DNA of 64,000 nt from Nemertoderma westbladi (Eukaryota; Animalia; Xenacoelomorpha): the NCBI GenBank assembly GCA_032718475.1, contig JAUCBJ010009097.1:1-64000 (forward strand). The letters are read 5' to 3'. Positions 33,666 through 46,987 of this stretch are shown here, piece by piece. The notes under the pieces are model-generated. The model ran no database searches, was not told where the DNA came from, and worked only from the letters and a program-made list of their open reading frames with translations. Within the stretch, counting starts at the first letter, position 1. Every line of letters begins with the position of its first letter. The translations under genes and the position numbers were made by a program.

Positions 33666-33830
33666 TGGATCGGGATATTCCAGGAACATTTATCGAACAT
33701 TTATTTTTATACAAACTCTAGGCCAAATTAATTAAAAACTATGCAATATTAAATTTGGGTTTTTTATATTGGGAATGACCTACGCAAACTCAATCGACCG
33801 ACAGACTTCACGAAGGTCATTGGGGGGGAC

Positions 33831-35439
33831 TGTTCGCGGTATTTCAACTTTCCATAACGCGAGTTGAATATTTTTGTATTTATTTAAAATTGATTATTCC
33901 GATATTACTACTGGGTGCGGGACCATGGGTTTTGGGCACATTCAATAAACTGGGGGCGATTTATGGGCGAACTTTGGGGCAACTTACAGGGTACGGGAAT
34001 AATTTCATAGTTATAAGGGCCAGGGGGGATGGAAAATGCAAGCAGTATTCAGGTTAGCCTGAGTACTATTAGGCCCTGGCCAACTTCCTGCTGCCTGTAG
34101 GGGTGGATTTGGTAATGCGCCAGGCCTAAAGGACAAGGACTGCCCTTAGCGGTCCCTGGCCAACAGCAGTTATTACGAGACTGAAAAGAACTCGGAACGC
34201 TGACTGCTTGTGTCAGGGATTTGCGACGGGAAACGACGGCCCCTTAGTAGCCAAGCCGTTCTGGTTCTCGATGATCGAACCCTTCGGGGTTCGTGAGGGG
34301 TGGAGCGGACACGCGAACGGGTGGCCAACTAACGACTGCCCCCTGAGCTAAGCCGTACTGGTTCTCGATGACCGATCCCTTCGGGGTTCGCGAGGGGTGG
34401 GACGGACATGCGAAAGGGCTGGCCACAGGACGGGTTTGACGAGGACTGCCCTTAGCGGTCTCTGGTCAACGGCAGCTACTACGAGACTGAAAAGAACTCG
34501 GAACGCTGACTGCTTGTACCGGGATCTGCGACGGGAACCGACGACAGACCCCTTAGCCAAGCCGTACTGGTTCTCGATGATTGTTCCCTTCGGGGTTCGT
34601 GAGGGGTGGAACGGACACGCGATGGGGTCGAAAGACAAAGGACTAGACTCTACTGCCCTACCGACTGTTCGGAGCAGTTTCTCGGCTGCCGAAGCGACTA
34701 CGAGCCTGAAAGGGACTCGGAAAGCCTAGGTGGTTGGGTTTCTGCGATGAACCGACGGACCCCTAGCCAAGCCGTTCTGGTTCTCGATGATCGTTCCCTT
34801 CGGGGTTCATGAGGGGTGGAACGGACACGCGAACGGGTCCACCGACACAACAGACTCCTAGCTAAGCCGTATTGGTTCTCGATGACCGATCCCTTCGGGG
34901 TTCGAGAGGGGCGGTACGGATACGCGACAGAGTCTACCGACTGGACCGACCCTTAGCCAAGCCATGCTGGTTCTCGATGATCGTTCCCTTCGGGGTTCGT
35001 GAGGGGTGGAACGGACACGCGACAGGGTCGACCGACACCGACACTACGGCACTAAGACTAGGACCAAGGGAAAATCTGGGGAACATTAGGTAGGCTAAAA
35101 TCTGAGCGAACAGTGGGTAATTAAATAATATACCGTAGGGATTTATATTATCGTGTATAATTATTGTGAATATTTGGTGTATATTGATTTGGGGAAGCCC
35201 AAAATTATTCTTAATCAGGGTTCAACAGGGTTCAATATTGTTGACCAGGTTCAACAGAGTTCAGTTACATTAAAGAGTATATCCAACTAATGCAGCTTTT
35301 TCTCAACCGCAACCCTGCATCTCAGAAATCATTCCTTCTCCAAAATCAATATCCGGTGACTGGCCGGGGCTCAGTGGTCTGTAAAGTCACGTCTCCAGCA
35401 TCGGCGTTTTTCCCCCCTGGTGTTGGGATAACGGCAACA
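33831..35439 (+). repeat. 3' LTR of element B (1609 bp)
   Basis: Preceded by the PPT, followed by TSD ATATA. Confidence 0.97.
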
Positions 35440-36780
35440 ATATATACAGTAATTTTATCGGAAACTTATAATGTGACGTCACGATATTGCGGACACCCCT
35501 CCTCCCCCTCGTCACAAATCATCACGAAATACCAAACCCCTCCCCTAGTTGTGTATAGGGAATAAAAGTCGATCAAAGTATTTGATATTTAAATTTGTTC
35601 ACAATCACGTTTCCATGGTGATGGGTATTATGTGCCATTATGACCCCCTGAGGCCCTGAAGCTGGAAATTGGGCTACTATTTACTATTTATATAATTTGC
35701 AACTGACATGCCAAATGTTACATTATACCTATTACCATGGTAACGGGAATGTAAACGAATTCAAATTTTAAATATTTCGATATAATTTTATTGCCACATG
35801 CCAAACCCCAAGAACAGAATTCCTCGTCGTCTTGCATTACAGACTCTCATAGTTTGAACTTTGCACCCGGTTACCTTGGCAAACAACAAGATAAATATTC
35901 CAGCAAACTATTTTGTTACATTTCAATCAACCTTAGTCATATACACCTAACCGAAGTAGCATATAAGAAGTTTCTAAGGAAATATTATGAAAAAAGTGCC
36001 ATAAATTGGAAAACGATCGTCCCACGCTAATTTCAGTATTAGACTCTCTGCATGACCTATTATTTCGTCGTTTACTTCGGGTCGCCTACGGCTTCGGCCG
36101 ACGGATTTCTCAAGAATTTGTTCTTTTTGTTCCCCACGCGATGTTCCTGTTGGTCCACATCCCAATTAATTTTCCAGTAGTATTCACTATTCAGCCCAGT
36201 AGTATCCGAGGATGTTTGATGGCTAGATAAAACAATCATTTTTGAGAGGGGCGAATGACGTGGATGATTGTGGGGATAATTCAATATTAACAATGTAATT
36301 AATTTCATTCCAAACGTAATGGTGACATTTTTCACTAAAAATTTACATCAAAAATTACAAAATGGAAGACAGGAATTGATAGTCAATTGGAGCCAACGTC
36401 ATAAATATTCATCCCAGAACATGGATATTTAATTAACTTGGGGTGTGTTGCAACTGGAAATCGTGAGGATTATCACCAATAACTCATGTCAAACCACACA
36501 CAATATACTATTGTACCTAACCCTCAATTGTTAAGTCGGTTTGTATACTGTAGATTAAGTTTATAAAAAAGTATTCATTGACCGTTGACATAAATGTTTC
36601 GTCTGTGGTTTTACCTTCAACAATCTAAAGTTGATAAAGGAAGCGGTTTTGCGGCATGGTGAGTTCTTATGTTTTCTTATAATGTATAATATATAATCTA
36701 TTTCTCATCTTCTTTCGCCATGCTGCATCGCAGCAGTATTGTGAATGTGCCATCCAGAGATTAGTGTCGTCTACAGTTCG

Positions 36781-37893
36781 TGTTCGAGCTTTTAGACCTT
36801 TTAGCAGTTTACCCTGCCAATTTAAATGTCTTTTTAATTATGAATCGACTTTGCCCGTACCAATTACCTGGTGTACTGAATTTACATCCGCCGAAGCCAG
36901 TCCGTGCGCGGCGTATGACCCACGGTGTGGGAGACTGGATTCGGGTTCCAGAGGAAGTTATTGCGGTGTAGGCTACTTTGTATTATTCGATTGATCGCTA
37001 CTATATAATCTCTGACAACTATATTTACTTTCGGGGAAATATTAACAGTTCCTTTGGGACGTGGCGCTTTAAGTATAAAACAGAGTTATGACTTTACTAA
37101 TCACAACTAGATGGCTATGGAATCTCGTAAATAGCGCATTCTTTAGGAGATGCTTTATTAACCTTCACACGACTTCACACTACTTCACACTAATTCACAC
37201 TAATTTGCCGACCGTCACTGATTTTTATCCTATATAAGGAGGATTGCAACTGACACACGTAGGGATTATGAAATAGCATTTAATTCACACAAAAACCACA
37301 ATAATTTGAGTCACAGTTGCTACCGGTAGACCCTTCCTCCGCTTACCTCATTAATCAAGAAAGTTGAGGGGTTTACGATTATTTATCGGTATTCTCCAAA
37401 TATAACATCCATTAATATAAACAGCAATTAACACAATATAAAACAGCATTAAAACAGTGCGGTGAACAGTCAGTATGTGTTCATGAAGTTCAGTATGATT
37501 AGATTTGTATGCAACAGGTCGTTATGATGCGGTGATTCAGGTATGACAAGGTGTTAAGTTAATAGATTTACGTTCTTATAACTAAGGCCATCAGATGTTC
37601 TTGGGCCAAAGTCTGAAACGTCTGTACTTAGTACAGAATTCTGAGAGGAATCTAATTCTCAGAAAAAACTATGATAACTAATGCGCATGCGCCAGTTTCC
37701 ACAGGTAGGTCTCTACTGGCATAACTGAGAAGATTGCTCTGATTGGCTGAATAGGCTCAAACAAAGAAATCTCCACGTACACAAAGAATCAGCTGACAGA
37801 TTTCGTCATAGTAGTTGAACAATTTTAGGGCTATTTTAGAGTATTCCGCGCATTGCGTAAAAATGACTTGTTCTGTCCGCAAAAGCTTTTACA
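36781..37893 (-). mobile_element. Solo LTR of a subfamily related to element A
   Basis: tgttcgagcttttagacc…caaaagcttttaca, the same two termini as the element A LTR; flanks GTTCG/GTTCA (4/5 TSD). Confidence 0.85.
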
Positions 37894-38634
37894 GTTCAAG
37901 CCCATCATGGATTCCCATATAGGAGTACTGGTACTACTGAGGCTGCCCTAAATAATCGAACCTTGAGATTCTGTTTTATTCTATGGGACTTCCAAATCCT
38001 GGACCCTACTGAAAAAGAACAGTGAGGTGTCTAGATACCAAGTCGGCCAAAAATTTATCCTAGTAGCGGTGAAGATCGACATGTGACGTGGGAAATGACA
38101 TCAAGCCGCGTTTGCAAGAATGTCTTAAATATTTATTACCTGTGTGCATTAATTTATTTTACATAATCTGCTCTTGTAAGAAGCCACCTGTCTCAAAGAT
38201 TGAATACAACTGTATGCATACTGATCACTCATAACACTACAAACTTGAGTAATAAAGGAATGAAGTGGCATTACCTACTGCTTAATCACACCAGGCTACC
38301 CAACCCAGCATTAACCAATGCTACTTAAACCTTCATGTGCACCTGTGATAGATTCACGTATTCCACAGTAGTGGGCAATATATCCCTCCTAGGCACTGTC
38401 TGCCTGCCTGCACTATTACATTATTAACCTACTTTCGGGAAACTTTAAAATTGCTACTTTGTGATGCAGAAACTATCCAGTTTCACCACACACACCATGT
38501 CCTGGAATGCAGTGTCTCTATTAAGTGAATTGTCACCCACCCAACCCCGCCAACACCATTTTTTGATCTGAATTTTGAAACAAAGATGGTTTCACCTCCC
38601 TCCTTAGTGAGTGAGTCATAATTTTGTTCCTATT

Positions 38635-38874
38635 CGCCGTGAGGACCAGCCAGTGCATAATCTTGTACTTTGGCAGCCTCATGGAGTGAATAAGCATGGT
38701 GGACAGCCCATGACTTTCTTGAGACGCATCTTAAAGGACACTGGCCTTAAAGATGCGGATGATCTAGCAAATGTCATGGGTGATAGGGAGTTGTGGCGGT
38801 GCAATTTTGTTGACAAGCCGGCACAGCATTCTTAAAAATGCAGCTGCAATGCAGCATGCCGATCCTAGTAGTAG
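38635..38874 (+). mobile_element. Short 5'-truncated RTE copy
   Basis: Nearly identical to 15167-15403, (TAG)3 tail, 10-bp TSD tgttcctatt (38625-38634, 38875-38884). Confidence 0.92.
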
Positions 38875-41343
38875 TGTTCCTATTGCATGGCATGGTTTTG
38901 CTTGTTGCTTCCACTGCAGGTCATTTATTTAATCCACCATATTCTGGAATACTTTGTCTTTCTCATAAGTATGTAGCTAGGTAAAAATGCAATGCCTAAA
39001 TCATGCCACGTAATTACGATGGTATATTCCAGGACACGGATAAGTTCGAAATTCAATTTGATCTGGAGTCAAAAGTTGGAGAAGTATTTGCCCGTAACTT
39101 TCAAAACTTAACTTTTTAACGTAACGTTTTCTCTAGTATGCCCATATAAAATTTGGTTGAAAATGGTTAAAATCTTCAAAAGTTATTTACAAATGAATTT
39201 TTCAATTCAGACGGACAGACAGATGGACATTAAATTTTGTCCTATTTACTAATTATAATTGTACGCTAAGGCTCGCCCTGACTGCGTGGCTCGCCCCACA
39301 TGATGTAGTATATGCGACGCTCTCTTACTTCGTATCTCACCCTAGAGAATAGTACCGATAGTCGCAGTTTGACTCCGACTGGGTTAAGGATGACGAGTGT
39401 TGCAGGTCTGTGGTTGATGAAGTTTAATACTACCGGTATCATACCAGTTATGAGTTATCTGTAGGCTATGTCGCGATATGGTCAGATGTAGTTGGGGTTT
39501 CCTGTGCTCCAGAGAAATATCAACAGACAATCAATGGTTGATGTTATCCATAACATGAATGGTGCCATTGTCCTTGAAGATGACATCCTTATATACAGTG
39601 CAACACTTGGAGGCCATCATCAAATTTTGACCAAAGTTAAACAATGTTGCATCGATCCCAATATTAAATTTAATATAGATAAATGTGAAATCTGTAAAAC
39701 AGAATTTTTTATTTGGGTCATTATTGTCTTAATCTAGACTGAACCCGGATCCAAAGAAAGTTGAAGCGATTTCAGCACTCCCCCCGCCAGCGCCAACAAC
39801 TACTGCAGAATGTGTAGATTTCTGGGAATGGCTACCTATCTCGCTAAATTTGTACCCAATTTCAGCACCATTTTATCGCCATTTCGACACTTATTACGAG
39901 GGAATGTTTTGTTTTCATGGACATCTACTTGACTCAGTTTTTCAGAAGATATAATCTTTATTATGTGACTCATCAGTATTGAAATATTACAATGTAATCC
40001 TGAAACCATGGTCCAATGTGATGCCTCTCCATATAGCCTTTGTGCAGCTCTTCTCCAATGTGATCCACAAACCAAGCAAATAAGGCCAGTAGCATTTGCT
40101 AGTAGATCACTAACATCTGCTGAGCAGAGGTACTCCCAGATAGAAAGGGAGGCATTAGCTATTTATTGCCTATGGTGTTTTGAAATATAAACAATCTTCT
40201 AGGACTCCATTTCACTAACATCTGCTGAGCAGAGGTAGGCCTACTCCCAGATAGAAAGGGAGGCATTAGCTATTTCCTATGGTGTTTTGAAATATAAACA
40301 ATCTTATAGGACTCCATTTCACTAACATCTGCTGATCAGAGGTACTCCCAGATAGAAAGGGGGAGAGACATTAGCTATTGCCTATGGTGTTTTGAAATAT
40401 AAACAATATCATCTAGGTCTCCATTTCACAGTCCTATCAGACCAGAAACCCCTAAAGTTAACATTCTTAACACCATTAGATGAGTGCCCACTTCGGATTA
40501 CCCGTTTTCTCATTCTTCTGCAGCCACTGTCATTCACTGTTGAATTTATTACTGGAAAGTCAAATCTTCTTGCGGATACATTGTCTCGTGCTCCAATCCC
40601 AGATCCTAATAAGCAGCCAGTAAAACAACAGGTCTTGCACTTTGATCCCTTTGTTAATGTTATTCTTTAATTAATTAATCTGGACACCCCCCAGTCGGGG
40701 TAAATGGTAAAAACGTAAGTGCTGTAATTATATATTAAATTGCACGGAATCTAAAATTTATAAATTATTAAAATATTAATATATGGTCTAAAATAATTAG
40801 TTATTGAGAGGATAAGGTGGATATTGTTGGGCATTTGTCGCAGACTAGGGCGGTATCGGTTCTTTGCGGGTTGCAGACAGAAACGACATATACAGTCAAT
40901 ACATGGATCGTGGTAGGAATTATTTTCACACAGCTTGAAATGAAACCCGTGTGATGTGGTTCTTGTTGCTAGGTGACGGTGTCGTTGGCCGCTGCGTTTC
41001 CAGCTAGATGATTGGAACGCAGGGCCCAGCTGGTATTGTTCTGCATTGAAATTTGCATTGCGATCGTTTCTGAAAGTGTTGTACTGTTCTAGAATTGCTG
41101 AGTTAAATATGCCTGGGAATTTAAGAACAATGTCATTAGTTAAGGTTTCTTCGTTGATTAATTTCAAAGCGAGCGTGGAGGATGAGGAACCGTTTTATAA
41201 ATGTAGATTTTATTTTGTCGATTTCCTTTAGTTGGGGCAGTGTAAGCAGGGGACCAAACTCGGATATTGCGTACGTTGTCATTGGGAAAATCTTCATTTG
41301 AAATATTTTCATTCCGGTTTGTACAGAAACTAGATGCAGGTTT

Positions 41344-43557
41344 CTAAGAGAGCCAATGGCGGAATATGCCTTTTCTTTTTTTTGCTTTAATGTGCTTTGT
41401 GAACGTCAAAGTTGGTTGTAGGGTGAGTCCCAGATACTCGTAATGGTCACAGATTGTTACAGCCTCCCCATTGTAAAAGAATTTGTCATACAGAGCAAGC
41501 CGGCCACCCTTCCTAAACTTAACAATCTTTGTTTTTATTAGGTTAACTTGTAGAGAGTTTTCACAGCACCATTTGTGAAGGTTGTTAAGACCGTCTTGAA
41601 TATCCCTAGGGTTGGTAGAGTAAAAAGCAAGATCATCGGCATAAAATATACATTTCAGAAACTGGATTGCGCGCCGCAGGGCAGATACGAGGTCGGCAAT
41701 GTACAGGATGAAATTCGTCGGAGAAAGGCAATCGCCTTGTAAGAAACCGAGTATTTGTCGGATTGCATTTGATAGACGTAACCCATCATAGATTTGTATG
41801 AAATTTACTTTCAGTATTGATTTGATGATGTTGTATAGTTTCCCTTTGACACCGAAATCGTGGTAGAGTTTATGGAAGAAAATATTTCGGCTGGTGGAGT
41901 CGAAGGCCTTCCGAAAGTCTACGAAAGCCACATAGACTCGTCCCTCAGAGGCAACTAGGGACGAGATCTCGGAAAGGAGGAGCTTAATTGCGTCAGTTGT
42001 AGATTTGCCCGGGGTAAACCCAAATTGTTCTAGTGGTAAACAATGTAAGAGTCTGAGTAGTAAACGCTTGTTTATAATGGAGGTAAATATCTTGAGAATG
42101 ACGCTTAGAAGCGCTATGCCGCAGTGATTATCTGGATTGGTAATTTTACCCTTTCCTTTGTATAGAACCTTGATGAAACTGGACATCCAAACTTCTGGGA
42201 TTGAGCCTAGATTGAGACACGTGTTATAAAGTAGGACTAAGAGGTGAATAATAAACGGTAGGCCTTGTTTAAGGTGTTCGTAGTAAATACGATCGGGTCC
42301 GCTAGCTTTACGGTTAGCTGCGTGGTTAATAGTATTTTCTACTTCAGCGGCTGTGATTGGGGCATTATACCATTCATCACTGTTGGTTTCATCATTTGAT
42401 GTTTCTGGGATGTCGGGAGTATTTAACGGGTCATTTAAGTGACTTAAAAGATTCTCAAAATGAGTTTCAAGTTTATCCATTGGTATAGGTGCTACATTGT
42501 TTGGTTTGCCTTCTCTCAGCAAAGTCCATGGTGTAATTTCAGTTTGAGCTATACGTTCTAGAACGCGATCTTCCTCATAAATTTCACGTTTGTATTTCAG
42601 CAGTTTTTTGTATTCACGGCGTGCTTCCCAGAAAATGTCTTTGTCAGTAGTAGAGAAATTCCTTTTTGAGAACAAATGCAGCATGTGTAGTTTGCGATCA
42701 CGACATTTGTTGTCGAACCATGGTTTTCCGTTTTGAGGTCGTCTTATCGACTTTGGTAGAACTGAGTCTGTTATAGCATCAGTTAAACATCTGTTGGCAA
42801 CATTGATATCAGCGTTAACAGCTAGTTCGAAGGCTGCTACTGAAAGGAGCGGGTGGTCTCGTAGTTTGCTGGTGTTCAAATTCCGCGAAACTAGCGGGGC
42901 ACGCTGGTTGAGTGGAGACATACGACCTGGTAAGGCGACAGATAAAGTAACTCGTTGATGTTTTCGGATAGGGTTGTATGGTATTTCTACTGATGGTGAT
43001 TGATTGAGGGGCAAGGGAGTCTTTATAAAGAGTAGATCTATAGTGCTTTGTCCTTGTGGTGATAAATAAGTGTGTTCGTTGGAATTGTTCAGTAAACTGA
43101 AACCGATAACTCCGAGATTGTCAGCAAGATCGGTTCCGCGGGTCCCTTTGTCCAATCGACAGTTAAAATCCCCACCAATTATGATTACACGGTTTGGATT
43201 TGTTAAGGTGAGAACCTCATTTACCTTTAGAAGGATTTCTTCAATCGTTGTATCAGGAGTAAAGTAGAATTGAATGAAGTAAGAAATATCAGTTTCTATT
43301 ATCACGTGATTTTCATCTGAGGCAATGTAGACCGGGTTTGGTTTCGGTTTGCATAGACTCAAGAGACCTACGATAGGGCGGCCTCGAGGGGGCTTTCGTG
43401 CGGGTTCAGGAAAGAAGTAATAGGAGTTATTGGGGAAATCTGCATCAAATGATAGTGTTTCAGATAGGAGGATAACATCGCAGTCTTTGTAAATGTCGCT
43501 ACTGAAGTCGCCGACATTATCAGTGATATACTTTAACCCTTCCACATTCCATAGCAT
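41344..43557 (-). CDS. LINE ORF2: AP endonuclease + reverse transcriptase, frameshifted near the C-terminus
   Basis: WNVEG, ILLSET, GGDFNC, TIDL; QFGF, VDFRKAFDS, QGDCLSP, YADD, KTKIVKFRKGGRL, YEYLG. The frame breaks at a homopolymer near 41375; a Cys-rich tail continues in 40751..41167. Confidence 0.88.
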   Translation of the reverse strand: MLWNVEGLKYITDNVGDFSSDIYKDCDVILLSETLSFDADFPNNSYYFFPEPARKPPRGRPIVGLLSLCKPKPNPVYIASDENHVIIETDISYFIQFYFTPDTTIEEILLKVNEVLTLTNPNRVIIIGGDFNCRLDKGTRGTDLADNLGVIGFSLLNNSNEHTYLSPQGQSTIDLLFIKTPLPLNQSPSVEIPYNPIRKHQRVTLSVALPGRMSPLNQRAPLVSRNLNTSKLRDHPLLSVAAFELAVNADINVANRCLTDAITDSVLPKSIRRPQNGKPWFDNKCRDRKLHMLHLFSKRNFSTTDKDIFWEARREYKKLLKYKREIYEEDRVLERIAQTEITPWTLLREGKPNNVAPIPMDKLETHFENLLSHLNDPLNTPDIPETSNDETNSDEWYNAPITAAEVENTINHAANRKASGPDRIYYEHLKQGLPFIIHLLVLLYNTCLNLGSIPEVWMSSFIKVLYKGKGKITNPDNHCGIALLSVILKIFTSIINKRLLLRLLHCLPLEQFGFTPGKSTTDAIKLLLSEISSLVASEGRVYVAFVDFRKAFDSTSRNIFFHKLYHDFGVKGKLYNIIKSILKVNFIQIYDGLRLSNAIRQILGFLQGDCLSPTNFILYIADLVSALRRAIQFLKCIFYADDLAFYSTNPRDIQDGLNNLHKWCCENSLQVNLIKTKIVKFRKGGRLALYDKFFYNGEAVTICDHYEYLGLTLQPTLTFTKHIKAKKRKGIFRHWLS

Positions 43558-43572
43558 AATATTTATCGCAAG

Positions 43573-44385
43573 TCAGTCTGTCGGTTGAGAGTTTAAAATC
43601 GGAGTGTCCGCAGGACCATGGGTTGAACGAATGGGTCGACGTTGTAAGCCGAAAAGCTCCCTCTCATCGTTTGTGAGCTTGTAGTTCCTGATGCTAATTC
43701 CGCATTCCCATAGATCTGGGTTCATTATTGAATCGCGTTGGGATTGGTCGCAGATCAAATGAAAGCTTGCGTACTCAGAATCGGGGTGAGTAGACACAGG
43801 TATTACTTCGACACTGGGGAATCCTTCGTTCACGAGATAATCAACAATCCGTTCCTTGGTTTCAGTCTTATCAAGACGTCCAATATGTATGTGGGCCTTT
43901 CTGGAAGCGCGCTGCGCAGGGGAGGGTTGGATAGAATTGGCACTTGGAGCGGCACGGAGGGGCCCGCCGGTTTTACGACCATGCGTGGTTGTTAATCGGC
44001 GGGCTTGTGTGGGTTCTCCGGCCACCGGTGCTTGCGATTGTCGTGTGCTGCGTTCTGTGCTGAATGCGGCTGGTGGAGCAGCTGCTGCAGCAGTGGGGGT
44101 AGTGGGTCGCGAAAGACCCCAGGGGGGCACGGGACGATGCGCGCAGGGGATGGCCCCGGGGACAACCGCGGCCTTTACACGTTGCAGTTCATTCTTAGCG
44201 GAAAGCGATTCCTGAAGGGATTCGGTAAGTTTTCCGATGGTTACGACGAACAGGGAAGTCATCTCGATTAGATTTTCGGTAACAGCCTTTTCGTCATCGT
44301 TGGTTACACTTTTCCCCTTTTTAAATTTCTTGACGTAAGTTATGATGCTGTCTTGTAGTTCTACAAACCTCGTTGCGTCCGTCAT
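43573..44385 (-). CDS. LINE ORF1 (coiled coil + RRM-like nucleic-acid-binding domain)
   Basis: IHIGRL…IVDYL…YASFHL…IMNPDLWECGISIRNY pattern typical of LINE ORF1; lies directly upstream of ORF2. Confidence 0.8.
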   Translation of the reverse strand: MTDATRFVELQDSIITYVKKFKKGKSVTNDDEKAVTENLIEMTSLFVVTIGKLTESLQESLSAKNELQRVKAAVVPGAIPCAHRPVPPWGLSRPTTPTAAAAAPPAAFSTERSTRQSQAPVAGEPTQARRLTTTHGRKTGGPLRAAPSANSIQPSPAQRASRKAHIHIGRLDKTETKERIVDYLVNEGFPSVEVIPVSTHPDSEYASFHLICDQSQRDSIMNPDLWECGISIRNYKLTNDERELFGLQRRPIRSTHGPADTPILNSQPTD

Positions 44386-46460
44386 TGTTGTGTTAATAAA
44401 ATAAATATAATTAAAAAGATAGAGTTAGACAGAATAGTATATTTTAAAAAAAATTGTAAAATCTTTTAATAATACTAGTATGGAAGCAATATAGTAATGT
44501 TATTCTCGAATCACGTTTTGTCAATATTCACCAAGTAGCTCAGGAAACTGGATCATGCCCAGAATTGTCCCCACTTGCACTTGTGGTGAGGCTGTTGGGC
44601 AATTACTATAACTTGCGACAATATACCTTCTCCATAATATGTTGGCAATATTGCTGAATTCTCACTGTTCTTTGTTGATAATCTTCCACTTGTGATGGGC
44701 AGCAACCGCATGTTATACCAGTGTCCCTTCGAACTCAAATTTTATAGTTAGCTCACGAAGGCCATCCATGCATAATGAAAACCACCGAGATATTGAATTC
44801 CACAGTGGCCCGGAATCACTAAGTCTGCCTCGCTATTAGTGAGCAATTGTCACCTGTGTAAACTTTCACAAGATTTACCATCGCAGCAGCCTATGCAACA
44901 ATCACGTTTATTTTTACTATGGGAACGAATTGGGATTGATTGTGCTCAAATAGAGGGCACTAAATGCATCGCTCTTATCGATTATGGCTCCTGTTATGTT
45001 GAAGCTACCCCCTTACCTTCTAATAGTTTAAATCTCCTCTAGATACCCCAAAAAGAATGGGATGATTGAGCGTCCCCATACTGTAGGGTCATTAAGAAGA
45101 TGATGAATGCAACTTCAGGTGCCCCGAAGGATTCATTCAGTTCTCGGTTGTCAACGGTATTGTTCACTCTACGTACAACTATTCACATGGTGACAGAGGA
45201 AGTTCCTTCCCGAGTGATCTACAGGTTCCTTGGATTGAGTCTAGAAACGCGATTGATGCAAATTCCTCTTTCAGCTCAGACTCAATTAAGGAATTATATT
45301 GAAAACCATGAGCGCATCGTATCAGACTACTATCGCCGGCATGTTGGATCCACTTGATGTGGACCAAGCTGTCATGGTGAAGAAGTACAATGGCCCAGGT
45401 TACAGCTATTTGGGACACCGTGTTAAAGAAGTTAAGGGCGTCCAAGTGATAATTAAATCTCCTCATGGTGGCCTGCTGCTGATTTCCCATAATCGCAGAT
45501 GGCTCCAGCCAGTAGACCAAGGCCACTACCATCGGTTCGTACCCCCCGCCCACAAACGTCCTCTTCTAACCCCCCTGGCTCAACCAGAACTGGTTGTTCA
45601 GCAACCATTGCCCATAAATGAGTCTTCAGCTGGCGTTCCAAATGCCGCACCACTCCCAGATGGCCCAGCGGATATCACACAACACCATTATCCCTCCCAT
45701 GTCTGATATGCCCCAAATTACTATGGCTATGAAAACTATATATACTAAAAATATTACTAGGAGTCATTCGTTAGGTTATACATATATTCCTAATTTCATT
45801 GTTTTGTATATGTACATTTAGTTGTAGGAAAGAGAGATATACGTGTTTCTTTCAGTTTGAAGGAAAGTAGTGTAGTATATACTACCGGTTACCGGTATCA
45901 TACCAGTTATGAGTTATCTGTATGTCGTGATATGGTCTGATGTAGTAATGACTATTATGTACCGGTTACCGGCCACACTACAGTTGGTAAATCGTTGTGA
46001 TTGGTACCTGAATTGGCAGGTTAATAGGGAGTGCCGCCGTAGTAAGGGTAGCAGGAATAGGTAAAATTGAGATGAGGTGTGTGTTGTACAGTTAGTATAG
46101 AATTTGATATTAAGATTACAGTTGAAATCCGACTTGTTGAGAATCGTAGATAGTAGGCCTAGAAGGAATTCATGCAGTTGTAGATATAGTGACTTTAATG
46201 GGTAGGATGAATGTTGAATGAAAGTAACTTAATAAGAAATATAATTTAATGTCACAAATGAAATAAAGTTTCATGGAGGAAGGCAAGGGAGGGGTGGAAC
46301 CCCCGTGGTTTTATGACGGATTATTTGGAAGCAACATAAATGGTCAGTCAACCATTATAGGCTCAAGGATACGGTGTTAACCCCATCCCATATTGTATAT
46401 AGCCACAACCATAACCTACGGATGGGAATACCTTCCGCTCACATACAACCTATACACGAA

Positions 46461-46843
46461 GTGGGGACTTCGCGCAGCACGAAGTTGGCAGAGCCTTAGC
46501 GAATTGACACTGTTAGGGGGTAGGTCAATTTATGCAAATAGTCACGTTGGCCCTCTAGCGGCAGACTGGAGAACTGCAGATGGATTCGCCTCCTTTGAAA
46601 GTCACAGCTAATGGTCTAATACATATCTGCCAAGTTTCAGCTTAAACGGATTAAAAGCAAAGAAATGGGAGGGCATTTAATGTTTAAACATGTGGCCCTC
46701 TAGCGGGAGACCATTGCACTGATGGTGTCTGAAAGTCTCTCAAAAATCTCAACTTTTGCTCATATTGATACCTACAAATTTTCAACTTGGCAGCTTTAAA
46801 TCCGACAAAGTTATTAGCATGTCAAAATCGTAACGACGACGAC

Positions 46844-46888
<45 letters not shown>

Positions 46889-46987
46889 AACGACGACGAC
46901 GACGACGACAACTATTTGCATAAATTGACCCACCCCCTAACAGTGTCAATTCGCTAAGGCTCCGCCAACTTCGTGGCTCGCCCCACA
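46461..46987. mobile_element. Non-autonomous element with ~65-bp inverted repeats and an internal (CGA)n microsatellite (HINE/MITE-like)
   Basis: 46478-46542 is the reverse complement of 46911-46975; (ACG)n at 46833-46910. The end motif ctcgccccaca also occurs near 39290 and 48385. Confidence 0.7.

Larger units (their letters stand above)
21347..35439 (+). mobile_element. Full-length BEL/Pao LTR retrotransposon with extra ORF3 (element B)
   Basis: LTRs 21347-22956 and 33831-35439 (TGTT…AACA). 5-bp TSD ATATA confirmed against the empty site at 1-273. PPT ggggggg-ac at 33822-33830. Intact BEL pol. Confidence 0.97.
20504..35555. mobile_element. Harbinger-like MITE hosting an RTE fragment and element B
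   Basis: Left end taa|ggggccatccataaatgacgtcacg. The internal gacgtcacg…cgtcacaaatc block is repeated at 35475-35545; the right TIR is missing. Confidence 0.45.
40667..44494 (-). mobile_element. Apparently full-length two-ORF LINE (RTEX-like) nested in the Gypsy element
   Basis: 12-bp TSD taatgttattct (40655-40666, 44495-44506), (TTAA)n tail, ORF1 + APE-RT ORF2. Confidence 0.88.
39304..45982 (+). mobile_element. Degenerate Ty3/Gypsy LTR retrotransposon with short LTRs
   Basis: RT remnant (IVLEDDILIYS), RNase H (QCDASPY, RPVAFASRSLTSAEQRYSQIEREALA, NLLADTLSR), integrase remnants (WERIGID). 3' LTR tgtagt…actaca at 45871-45982 after a purine tract; disrupted 5' LTR at 39304-39492. About 105 bp of RNase H sequence is triplicated at 40107-40430. 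Confidence 0.85.
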
